Below are positions 42,170-53,680 of a stretch of 64,000 bases of DNA, one piece after another. Source of the DNA: the human T2T-CHM13v2.0 reference genome, Homo sapiens. The position numbers and the translations under genes were made by a program. Below the pieces are notes generated by a model. The model was not told the origin of the DNA. It saw only the letters and a program-made list of their open reading frames with translations, and did no database searches. Position 1 is the first letter of the stretch, and each line of letters starts with the position of its first letter. Location: assembly GCF_009914755.1 (NCBI RefSeq), contig NC_060946.1, one strand, 5' to 3'.

Positions 42170-42310
42170 TGCCCACAGCTCAGTGGAGCCCTTAATGATT
42201 ACGTCAAGTGGCAAGCCATTTATTAGTCTCCTTAGCGGCCAAAAAAAATAAGGCCTGAGAAGCCAGAAAGCACATCAGGGGACTGTGGTTTTATTTTTTA
42301 TAACCGCTTC
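42170..42310. promoter_or_regulatory. dense motif cluster, candidate enhancer core
   Basis: overlapping TAATGATTA (42193-42201), TTACGTCA (42199-42206), TCAAGTG (42204-42210), then TTTATTA. Confidence 0.35.
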
Positions 42311-42691
42311 AAGCCTCAGACACCAAGGGGAATATGGGTCAGGAAGGGAGGCAAGGCTTGGGGGCTGGGGAAACAGGAGTTCTGAACCAGTCTCTGCAGA
42401 GGGACTGTGGGCACAGAGAGTTTGCACGGCCCATCCAAGGTCACACAGCTCCCAGGCCGGCGTCCTCCCTCAGGGTCATGGTGTGCCTTCCACTGCACCT
42501 GTGTTAACAGCTCCTGCATTTTACCATCAATTGCTTCGAACCCTTCTCTGGAGATTGGTGAATAAAAATTAGACATGAGCAAGCATTGGAAGGGGGTGCA
42601 GAATATAGGGGGTTCTGGAATTGGAGTGAGAATACCAGGATATTTCACTTCTCTGAGCTTCAGCTTTCTCCTCTGCAGAATGGGCATGAAT

Positions 42692-43352
<661 letters not shown>

Positions 43353-43804
43353 TAAGCATGATGATACCTCCTGGGCCAGGCTGGGCACCTCAGAGACTCT
43401 CAGAGAGTGGCTGGCCCCACCAGTCAGGGGCTCCATCTCTCCCTTTGTAGGTTCCTCTCCTCCACTGGAACCCGGGACGGTTCTCCTGGATGACACCCCT
43501 CCTCTTCCTGCCACATTTAGACAGGTTCCAAGCCCCTCCTTTCCACCTCCTTCTCGTCCCTGCCTCCATTTCTGCTCTAGTTTCATCGCCCCAGTATTGC
43601 TCACCTAGAATTCCTGCCTCCTGCCAGAACCTCCCAGCCTTTACCCTGCCCTGCCCCCACCCACTCTCTTTACAAGGCTAAGCCCTGGTTCCCCAAGCTT
43701 CCACATGGGGCCACAACACCCCACTCTGGGCTCTAGACATTCCCTACCAACCACTGGCTGGTGGTTCCCATGTTCCACATGTCCTTCATTCCCCATGCCT
43801 TCCT

Positions 43805-44040
43805 AACAGCTCCTGTTTATTGAGCACCTACTGTGTGCCAGGACCCATGCTAAGCATCTTGCATGAATGAACTCATTTCATCCTCATAAGACCCCTATGA
43901 CATAAACACTGTGAATATCTTCAACTTACAGGTGAGGAAACAGAGGCACAGAGTAGTTGATTCACTTGCTCTAAGTCACACAGCAAGTGCCAGAGAGGGC
44001 TTGGATCCCAGCAGACTGGTACCCACACCCTTAACCATCA
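43805..44040 (-). mobile_element. MIR SINE, near full length
   Basis: TTTATTGAGCACCTACTGTGTGCCAGG..TTACAGGTGAGGAAACAGAGGCACAGAG. Confidence 0.9.
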
Positions 44041-44689
44041 CAGAACTTCTCCTCTGTACCTTTGTCCAAGTCAGTGCTTTCTCTAGGTATGTTCTTCCCT
44101 GATGGACTTAGTCCACTCTTCAGAGTCCAGAAATATTTGCCAAGTCAGTGAGTGACCAGATGATTTTGTCCCTCGCTTGCTGTGCGGCTTTGAGTGGGTC
44201 ACTTCCCCTCTCTGGGCTTCCATTTCCTCTTGCATCCAAAGAGAGTGAGCTGAGACCCACTCAGTAGGCAAAGTGAGGCCTCAGACCCACTGGGATTGGC
44301 TGCAGCTGCTGTGAGACAGTGAGACAGAGGGAGCCGCCCCATGGGGCCCAGGTTATATCTGGGCCATGACTAAGCGTGCCCAGCCCTAGACCATCTGTCT
44401 GTCCACATCCGTCACTGTGAGGAGGGGCCAGGGGGCCACGTCCCTTAGCTCCAGACCCACATGACACCTCCTCTCAAAAGGGCAGAGCCCGGCCTGGAGC
44501 TGGGTGGCACATGATGCCTACTCCTCCTGCACTCAACCGCCTCACCCCTGCACTGCAGGACTCACACCCTTCCTTCCTGGGCAGAAACAGCCCAGAGGAG
44601 CCTGGGCTGATCCCAGCGCACCCTCGGCCATGACCTTGGGAAAATCCTCTGTGCAGCCAGCAAGCAGATAGCCATTGTCCCACTAATCC

Positions 44690-44925
44690 GAATAACCGAT
44701 GCCAGGCTCTGTGCAGATCATCTCCTTGAACTTGCCCATCCCCTCCTCCAGGCAGTCTGCCCAGATAGCTGCTGCCTCAGGCTGATTTAGGGACCTTCTA
44801 TGGGCTCCTCCACGGCCTGTGCACGTGAGGGGAGTCCTCATATTAGATCCGTTTTACAGAGGGGCAAACTGAGACATGGAGAGGATCAGGACTAGCCCAA
44901 GATCACACAGCCCCAGGTGGTAGCC
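44690..44925 (-). mobile_element. MIR carrying an 87-bp inserted copy (44737-44823)
   Basis: TGCCAGGCTCTGTGC.. | ..GTGAGGGGAG..CGTTTTACAGAGGGGCAAACTGAGACATGGAGAGG. Confidence 0.7.
44737..44823 (+). repeat. dispersed duplicate A1 (copy of 46187-46272)
   Basis: 3 substitutions and one 1-bp indel over 87 bp. Confidence 0.95.
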
Positions 44926-46099
44926 GCCTGGCCCCAGAGGCTGTGGGTTTAAATCATTGAGCATTCCTGCCTACCTGTGCCAGGCACCGAGGGGCATGGG
45001 GACAGTAGTGACCAAGGGCAAACTCAACGCCCACCCTGGTGAGGCTTCCATGAGCAAGTGCATACATTCAAGGGACCACCTGTCATTCTTGCTTGCCACA
45101 TCAAAGGGCGCAGCCTGGGATCCCAGCCTCGTTCTGCCCCACCCCCTCAATGCTTGGCAAACACCCGACTGCATCACTCCTTCCAAGGTCAAGCTGTGTG
45201 GACCTTGGGCAAGTCACTTGACCTCTCTGGGCTGTCTTTTTCTTAGTCATCAATATGCCTTGCAAGTCAAATCAACCATATGACTTACTTGGCTGGAACC
45301 TCCAAACTATCCATAGAGGTTGACAGATGATCCCCATCATCCAAATGAGGAAACTGAGGCTCAGAGAGGAGGGAGCTGCTTGCCCAAAGTCAGGAAGTGC
45401 CTTAAGGGGATGGCAGAGGATGTGGGTGTCCACGGGGGCATAGGTGCTTCCTGCCCAGAGCCAGGGGGTTGGGATCAGCCAGGAGGTGATGGTAACCCCT
45501 CCCCTTCCCCAGCCTGCTTCTTTCTGCCCCTTCCCCACCTTCCCCCTTCCCCCTTCCCCCTCCTGAGGTCTCCAAACAAAGCTGCCTTTATCTGGACTGT
45601 AGCTGCATTCCTCAGTGACACATGAGGACAAAGGCGGGGGCCACCGGCAGCGACAGGAAAGCCCTACCGCCCCAAGCCAGTTTACAGCCTTCCCACGCCC
45701 CGCCCCCACCCGCAGGGCCTCCCCGGGGCCTCCAGGCCTGGCCCGGGGGAGCTCTGGGAGGAAGTTTTCCCCAGGACCCTGCCTCTCTTGCCCCACCGGA
45801 GCCTGGCTGTTTGTCCTGGGGAGGAGGCTGAGCTTCTGCAGCCTGGATCCAACCCCAGCTCCGCCCTGGGCCCCATACACACTGCGGGGCCTAGGTGAGT
45901 CTCTGAATCTCCAGGCCTCTGCTTCCTGGTCTGTAAAACAGGAGTGGATTTCCGGAGGGGCTTAGTGAGATCATGCAGGAGGCAGCTGGGCACATCGAGA
46001 AGGCCACCATGATTGTTGATGGTGGTAGTCTTATTGGTTTTCCATTTCCAGCCATTTTTGAGCCCCTTTCAGTTTCTGAGAGTGCTGCTGTCACCCCAG

Positions 46100-46650
46100 A
46101 GGATTGCACATGCTGTTCCCTCTGCCGGGAACACTTACCATCCCTTGCTTCCTCCCCTGGCTAACTCCTGCAGGTGTCTTCCTAAACATCCCCTCCTCCA
46201 GGCAGCCTGCCCAGATAGCTGCTGCCTCAAGCTGATTTAGGACCTTCTATGGGCTCCTCCATGGCCTGTGCATCTCCATCACACAATATCTTGAGTGAAC
46301 ACTGCCTGGGGATCACAGACAGTGACCAGGAGAGATGGGGAGGAGAAACAAAGGAAGTGGGGCTGGGCACCTACTGTGTGCCAGACCTGTGCTAAGCATT
46401 TCTCTCTCATCCAGGGTGTTGGGAACCCTCCCAACAACCCTCCAAAGCCAGCTTTATCATTCCATTTAAAACATAAGGAAGCTGAGGCATACGCCTGAGA
46501 CTCAAGCCTAGGTCTGTTAAATTTCAGAGCCTGGACTGAACACTGCCTGCTGATAGCGGTCACCCCACCAGGCTCAAAGCCCCTTAAGGGCAAAACCAGG
46601 GTGGTTTTGTTCTCTGCTGTATACTCATTGCCTGGCACTGGGCCTGGCCT
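46100..46650 (+). mobile_element. L2 3' fragment containing donor A2 and inserted copy B1
   Basis: TTGCACATGCTGTTCCCTCTGCC..CCTGGCTAACTCC; resumes ..TTTTGTTCTCTGCTGTATACTC..GCCTGGCAC. Confidence 0.7.
46318..46531 (+). repeat. dispersed duplicate B1 (copy of 47831-48047)
   Basis: about 9 substitutions and one 3-bp indel over about 215 bp; flanked by TGAACACTGCCTG direct repeats. Confidence 0.95.
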
Positions 46651-46735
46651 CGCTCACCCATTGCTGATGGGATGGGTTGGTGGGTGAAGTAGCAAGTGGG
46701 TGTACAGGGCCCTTTTTTTTTTCTCTTGCTAGACC

Positions 46736-47001
46736 AGGGAGGGAAGGAGGAAGGAAGGGAGGAAGGAAGGGAGGGAGGGAGGGAGGGAGGGAGGGAGGGA
46801 GGCAGGGAGGGAAGAAGAAAGAAAGGGAGGGAGCAGGGAGGGAGGAAGGAAGGAAGGAGGGAGGGAAGGAAGGGAGGAAGGAAGAAAGACAGGAGGAAGG
46901 GAGAGAGGAAGGGAGGGAGGGAGAGAAAGAGGGAAGGAAGGGAGGGAGGGAAGGAAGGGGAGGGGAGGGGGGAGGGGAGGGGGAGGGGAGTGAGGGTGGG
47001 T
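46736..47001. repeat. polypurine (GGAA/GGGA)n tract with G4-forming end
   Basis: almost pure G/A; (GGGGA)n-type run at about 46957-46989. Confidence 0.95.
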
Positions 47002-47018
47002 TAGGCGAGAGAAGAAGG

Positions 47019-47331
<313 letters not shown>

Positions 47332-47830
47332 CTAATCCCACGTCATCTAGGAGTGGAGGCTGGGGCTGCAAGAACAGGATAAGGCCTTAGAGGTTCAAAA
47401 AAATAAGAAATGCAGTAGCCTCTCCCCTCCCCCACCCCACCCTGGCCCAGCTCTCCCAGAAGAATGAGCGCCATTCTGACAGCCAGGGCCTCCAAACCAG
47501 ATCTGCACAGTTTGGTGTCCAGATATCGCTAATGACCCACTCATCTCATTTCCATGTTTGTCCCTGGAGCACCTACTGTGAACCAGGCAGGATAGAAAGC
47601 ACACAGAAAGGGGAAACTGAGTCCAGTTCTCCCAAGAGGTCACAACCTGGATCCACAGCACGAGAAAGTGTTCTTGAGATGATCTGGCCAGACCAGAGAA
47701 GGCCAGATATTTGCCCAACATCGCACAGCAAGGTCCAGAAAAGTGAGAATTGGGACCCAGGGTTCTAGTGCTCCTGGCCCAGTGCTCCCCTCTCTATAGA
47801 ACATGTCCAGGGGGTAGTAGAAGGCCAGGT

Positions 47831-48047
47831 GACAGTGACCAGGAGAGATGAGGAGAAGGAGAAAGAAAGGAAGTGGGGCTGAGCACCTACTGTGTGCCAG
47901 ACCTGTGCTAAGCATTTCTCTCTCATCCAGGGTGTTGGGAACCCTCTCAACCACCCTCCAAAGCCAGCTTTATCATTCCATTTAAAACATAAGGACGCTG
48001 AGGCATGCGCCTGAGACTCAAGCCTAGGTCCGTTAAATTCCAGAGCC
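47831..48047 (+). repeat. donor copy B2 (MIR-derived)
   Basis: GAGCACCTACTGTGTGCCAG.. MIR remnant that appears to continue past 48047. Confidence 0.9.
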
Positions 48048-48163
48048 GGGTCTTCTGACAAGCAGAGGTTGTCCTATGGATTTGTTCATATAGGCCCAGA
48101 CCCAAGACTGCTAGGCTCTAGTTCATGGGAGGTGCAAAATTAATGTCAAAGGAAACAGTTTCT

Positions 48164-48487
48164 GGCCGGACACAGTGGCTTGCGCCTATAATCTCCGTGC
48201 TTTCAGAGGCCAAGGTGGGAGAATCGCTTGAGCCCAGGAGTTTGAGACCAGTCTGGGCCACATGGCGAAACCTCATCTCTACAAAAAAATTTTTTTTAAT
48301 TAGACAGGCATGGTGGCACACGCCTATAGTCTCAGCTATTCGGGAGGCTGAGGCAGGAGGATCGCTTGAGCCCAGCAGCTGGAGGCTCATGAGCTAGGAT
48401 CGCACCACTGCACACTCCAGTCTCGCTCTGTCACTCCAGCTAGGTGAGAGAGCGAGACCCCCACTCCCAAAAAAATAAATAAATAAA
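48164..48487 (+). mobile_element. AluJ with short inverted insertion near its 3' end
   Basis: GAATCGCTTGAGCCCAGGAG..; (AAAT)n tail; GTCTCGCTCTGTCAC at 48420-48434. Confidence 0.92.
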
Positions 48488-48759
48488 GGAAGAGAAGGGA
48501 GGAAGGAAAGATTCCTTCCCTGAAGCTGTTCTCAATGTCAAGGTGGGTGAAAATATCTTCAAACACCCAAACAATTCTAGTGTCACCTAGATGCAGGAAG
48601 CCTGAGAGTCCTCCTAGGATTCAGTGTCCATTCTTGAGTGTGAGAGGCTGCACCTGGGCCACCACACCCAGCCTAGGCACCCAGGTCCCTCTGTCCCTTC
48701 AGCACCCAGGGACGGTCCCCAGCCTGGCTCCAGCTTAGAGGGGTGGCTCCAGGGAGGCT

Positions 48760-49020
48760 GGTGTCCTTTCAGCTGGACATAAACGCTGTGTCTAAAAACA
48801 AACGACTTCTAGGGCAGAGGGCAGGGAAGTGGTTCCAGCAGGGTGTTTGGGCAGCACGCCGGCCATTCAATCAGACCCACGGGGCTGTGAGGGGAGCGGC
48901 AGAGAATCAATCATGGGCCGTGTGTGTTTGCAAAAGGACGTGTGTGGCAGTGACAGCAGCGGGAGCCCCGGGGGGGGCCCCCCGGGGACACGTGTCCACC
49001 ACCTGGGCTCCCGTGCCCGC
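48760..49020. promoter_or_regulatory. candidate PBX/MEIS/E-box element
   Basis: ATCAATCA (48906-48913), TGACAG (48951-48956), palindrome GGACACGTGTCC (48986-48997). Confidence 0.35.
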
Positions 49021-49039
49021 TGAGCTCTGGGAGGCAGTG

Positions 49040-49175
49040 GCTGCTAAAATACAGATTCCTAGGCCCCAGACCATCATCCTGAAGCCAAATTGCCAGAGTC
49101 AGGCCCAGGACTCTAGAGTTTCTTTGAGGGTCTCCCAGACACTTCTGGTGAGCAGCCAGGCTTGGAAACTCCTGT
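49040..49175. mobile_element. MER5-like hAT relic
   Basis: TAAAATACAGATTCCTAGGCCCC..GGCCCAGGA..CAGCCAGGCTTGGAAACTCCTG. Confidence 0.6.
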
Positions 49176-49351
49176 GCAGCCCACCCAGCCCCAGGTAAGG
49201 TCCTGAGGGTATAATTCGAGGAGTGGGGAGTGGGGGGCCAAGGCAGGATCCATCGTGGGAGGAGCTGCAGCTTTGCAGTCAGACCTGGCTCTGTCTGTGT
49301 TTCCATAACATTCTGTACCGCCCAGCTGCAAACTCCAGCCACCAGGTTCTA

Positions 49352-49786
49352 GTCTCATTCTCTCTCCACCCCTTCCTCCCTCTCCCCACTCCTTCTTTCT
49401 CTCTCTATTGCTTTCTCTCTTTCTCCATCTCTCTCTCTCCCTTTTCCCTTCTCTTTTCCTCTTCCTCCCTTTCCCTCTATCTCTTTATCTCTCCCCCTTT
49501 CTCTCTCACTCCCTTTCCCTCTTCCTCACTCTCCCCTTCTGTTTCTTTCTGTCTCCCCCCGCCATTTCTCTCTCTCTCCTTTCCCTTTCTCCCTTTCTCT
49601 CTTTCTCTTTCCCTTTCTCTCTCTTCCCCCTTTCTCTCTTCCTCTCTCTTTCTCTGTCTCCCTTTCTCCTTCCCTCTTTCTCTTTCTCTCCCCACCCTTC
49701 TCTCTTCCTCTCTCTCTTTCTCTGACTCCTTTTCTTTCTCTCTCTTCCTTTCTCCTCTCCCATTCTGTCTCCCTCTGTCTCTCTTT
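49352..49786. repeat. polypyrimidine (CT-rich) low-complexity tract
   Basis: about 430 bp nearly all C/T on the + strand. Confidence 0.95.
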
Positions 49787-51069
49787 GCCCCAAACACAGC
49801 ATCTGGCACCTAGTAGGCACTCAATAAATATTTGCCAAGTGGACGGCCCTCTGCTTTCTCTCCTGCCCCTGGGTGTCTGCCTGTCCCTCGTGTCCCCTCC
49901 CTTTCCTTCTTGCTCTCTCTGTGTTTCTAGTGCCTCTGGATTCATCTGCAGTGGCTGGAACCCCGTTCTCCAGTTGTTCACCCCAGCATTCTGAGGCCAG
50001 GACTGGGCTGCTTTACATTTCAGAAAGGCATGTTGGGGCTGGGAGAAAGCAGACTTGCCATCTGGAAAAGCTGTCCCAGGCCTGTGCTTTCGGGACCTGA
50101 AGCCACAGCGCACTGCGTGCACCTTAGCCTTGCATCGTGCAGCGTGGCTGCGATCTTCATTCCCAGCAACCCTCCTTCCTGGGCCTGGTGATCACCGTCC
50201 TCTTCTGTAGCACCAGGGACCTTAGCAGAGCCCCTGTGTCCCGCGTCTGTCCAGTGCCTGCAAAAAGAGAACCATGGGACAAAACCCCCATTGCACAGAT
50301 GGGGAGGGCAGCCAGAGAAGGGACCATTGACCTGGGTCACCCCGAGAGTTGATGGCAGCCCTTACCACCTGCATCGTGTGGTGTTTTGATCTCCCGGAGG
50401 GCAGCTTACAATCCCAGACTCTCCAAGTGACAGAGAGGGCCCATTCTGTCCAAGTCCACATGCCCCCCAATTTACAGATGAGGACCCTGAGGTCTGGAAA
50501 GATGAGGTGACTTTTTGGATGGCTCAAAGAGGAGCAATGGAGTGACTGGGGAAGAACAATTGGTTAATCAAGAGGTAAGACCTTTCCACGCTGGTCTCAC
50601 ATCATACATGAATTTAATTTAACTGAGTTAAGATCCACTTAACTAAACACATTTGCCCCTCACACCCCAAAGGGGACATTATATGATGGGGAAATCCCCA
50701 CACCACTCACTTTGAAGGTGTCTCTTCCAAGCCAAACCCTCCCGTTGGGTCCCACGTGTCTCTGAGTAGGAGCACCTGGTTCCTCCCTCTGCCTGTGAGT
50801 GTCCCACTCCACTGTGTGGCCCCTAAACACAAGACTTTACTGTATCTGGAGCTTGACAGGAGAAACAGCGATCCGTCCCAACGCAGGAGGAAAAACTGGC
50901 TGTGCTGAAATTATTGAGAAATAGTGGTTGGCTCCAACATGACGGCTTCCCAAGGAATTTTCAAGGCCATTTTGACTCTTAAGCGATTTTGCCCTTAAGG
51001 ACCTGTCCTCTGCAAAAGATGCAATCCCACTGGCTCTCCAGCAACTAGAAAAGAAACAAGAGACCTGAT

Positions 51070-52040
51070 ATTTTTAAATCTTTTTACCAAAGTATAAACT
51101 ACATGCACAAAAATGCACATATGTTAAGTATACAGCCCAACAAATGGTCACCAAGTGAACACACCCCAGTAGCTAACCCCCTCCTATTTAGTCCCCCCTC
51201 AAAGGTAACCACTACCCTAACTTATCTCTCCATAGATTACTCTCACCTATTCTTGTACTTTTTCTATAAAAGGCATCTTGTAGGATGCACTCTGCCTGCT
51301 GAGCTTCCTTCACCCGGCTTAGTATTGGTGAGGTTCATCCATGTTGTCTTGTGTAGCAGTAGTTTATTTATTCTCCTTAATGTTTTTCATTCCACGTGTG
51401 CCTGTACCACAATTCATTTATCCATTTTACTGTTGATGATTTATCAATTAGTTATTGCTGGGAAACAAAGCCTCCCATAGCTCAGTGGCTTAAAACAGCA
51501 ACCATTTATTTAGCACGTGCTTCCAGAAGTAGATGTGGACTGGGATCAGCTTGGTGGTTCTTCTGCCCTGGGATGGGCTTGGCTGATCTTGGCTGGGTTT
51601 GCTAAGTGTCTGCCTTCCACAGCTAGGGCTGGCTGGTCTCAGATGAAGCCAGCTCTGAAAATTCATCTCTGCTTCACCCATCACTCATCCTCCAGCAGGC
51701 TAGCCTGGACTTTTCACACAGCAACTGCAAGTTCCAAGAGAGCAAAAGGCCTCTTAAAACCTAGGCTTGGTACTGGCACATGTTGCTTCCACCACATTCT
51801 ATTGGCCACAGCAAATCACGTGACCAACGTAGATTCAAGGGAGAAGAAGTAGACTCTGCCTCCTAATGGGATGGGCTGCACAGAACTGTGACTATTTTTG
51901 CAATCTGCCAAGATAAGCATTTCCAGTTTTCAGCCAAGAGAAATAATTCTGCTGAGAACATTCTAGTATATGTCTTCCAATGGCCATAAGGACATATTTC
52001 TAATGGGGATATTCCTAGGAGTAGAGTTGCTGGGTTAGAG
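51070..52040 (-). mobile_element. ancient L1 (L1ME-like) 3' UTR split by an MLT1 LTR
   Basis: GGTAACCACTACCCTAACTT; GTTCATCCATGTTGTCTTGTGTAGCAGTAG; CCTAGGAGTAGAGTTGCTGGGT. Confidence 0.75.
51441..51912 (-). mobile_element. MaLR LTR, MLT1H-like
   Basis: GTTATTGCTGGGAAACAAA..CTCAGTGGCTTAAAACAGC..CCACATTCTATTGGCCAC..TTTTTGCAATCTGCCA. Confidence 0.8.
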
Positions 52041-52216
52041 GAAATGCCTTCATTCTTATATGGGCCCCATAGAGGCCTATTTGTTGGAAAGAACAGAAGC
52101 TGCCATGAGATTTGCTATCTTAAGGAAGTACCCACAAAGGGGCATGCACAGATTTTGAAGCCCCTCTCACCTCCAGACAAGCCCCTTCTTCAGACAAAAA
52201 CTTCCCTTTTCCCTTC

Positions 52217-52669
52217 TGTGCCAGATGGAATATTATCCTCCCAAAATTTGTCACCCTGGATCCTCAGAATGTGGCTCTATTTGGAAATAGGGTCTTTGCA
52301 GCTGTAATCAAGATGAGGTCAGACTGGTTACAGCAGGTCCTTATGTAGTGATTTGTGACTTTCTAGGAGAAAAAGGAGAGAGATTTGGATACAGTGACAC
52401 AGACTCTCAAGGAGAAGGCCCTATGACCACAGAGACAGAGACTGGAGTGACGCATCTAGAAGCCAAGGACCACCAAGGATCGCAGAAACCATGAGAAGCT
52501 GAAATAGACAGGCAAGGATTCTCCCCTAGAAACTTCAGAGAGAGCATAGCCCTGTGGACATCTTGATTTTGGACTTCGAGCCTCCAGAACCATGAGCGAA
52601 TAAATTTCTGTTGTCTTACACCCTTCCATGTGTGGTATTTTATTATAGCAACCCTAAGAAACCAATACA
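52217..52669 (+). mobile_element. MaLR solo LTR, MLT1B/C-like
   Basis: CCTCAGAATGTGGCTCTATTTGGAAATAGGGTCTTTGCAG..AATAAATTTCTGTTG..AAACCAATACA; near-TSD CCTTC/CCCTC. Confidence 0.9.
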
Positions 52670-52740
52670 CCCTCCTACCATCCTGTTGTTCTATCCTCTG
52701 GTCCAGAGCAGGAGCAAAGGGCAAGTTTCCCTGTGCCCCT

Positions 52741-53110
52741 TGTAATTGACCTTTTCATGCCGTTTCGTCCCCAGGGTCACACGCATAAGCACGTTACTGA
52801 GAAGATTTATCCCAAAGCACGTACGGGGCTCCGGCCCGTGCAAACACTTGCCTGCTGGTTTACAGTGATTTACTCACAGATTACCCTCTGACGAAGGGGG
52901 CCCCAGCCTACGCGCCTCTCTCGTATATCAAAAAGGAAATCCTGAAGACATCCCTATAAACGCAGCGGGGAGGAGAACCTGCCGACGCCGTAAACTTACA
53001 CGATGTGGTGAAGTCAGATGGGCCATCTGCTTCGCTCCCCAATCCAGATGCGCACAGAGGCTCGCCTGCACAACTCCTCGCACGCTCCAGACACATGCCT
53101 TCTCCCGCCT
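52741..53110. promoter_or_regulatory. orphan CpG-rich element (enhancer or cryptic promoter)
   Basis: about 24 CpG in 370 bp; TGATTTAC; CTATAAA; palindromic double E-box CAGATGGGCCATCTG at 53015-53029. Confidence 0.45.
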
Positions 53111-53369
53111 CTTCTCTGCTGCATGGGCAGCAGGGTGGCCCATGAGAGGAGCACATTGGACCAAGGGGCATCAGCTCCCCGTCCTCTGAAGGCATGCAGT
53201 GGATCAAAATTATAAAGCAGAGCCATGTTCAAACTTTGGCTATTTCTGGGCTAGTTCAATGCCTTCTCTGAGTTTCAGCCACCTCGTCTGCTGTGGGGGA
53301 CTCCAGTGAGAAATCATCCCACCTGACCCAATCAATGACTCCCCACTTTCACTCCCTTCTGCTAGGTGG

Positions 53370-53680
53370 TATTATCAGGATTCCTGGCTGCAGGTGACAG
53401 AAACACAACTCACAGTGGCTTAAGAAACAAAAAAGAATAATAAATCTGTTTTCTTGAATACCTGAAAACTCTCGAAGCTACAGTTTCAGGTGTGGCTGCA
53501 TCCAGAGTCTCCACAATACCAACAGGAAGCTGAGTGTCTCTTTCAACTTAATTTTTCTCTCATTCTACTTTGTTGTCAGGCAGGCTCTCCCGTCAGGGTG
53601 GCAAGATGCCCCCTCAAGCTTACACCCTGTTGTTTAGCAAACCCAGCAGAAGAGAAGGTCTCTCCAGTAGGCCCTGGACT
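53370..53680 (-). mobile_element. old MaLR LTR (MLT1K/L-like) relic
   Basis: GCAGGTGACAGAAACACAACTCACAGTGGCTTAAG..CAGGCAGGCTCTCCC..GTGGCAAGATG. Confidence 0.65.

Noticed and set aside
49223-50122. Leu/Ser/Phe-rich membrane-like and Glu/Arg/Lys-rich ORFs
   Set aside because: Translations of the CT-rich tract on either strand; the same applies at 22.9, 30.4 and 46.7 kb.
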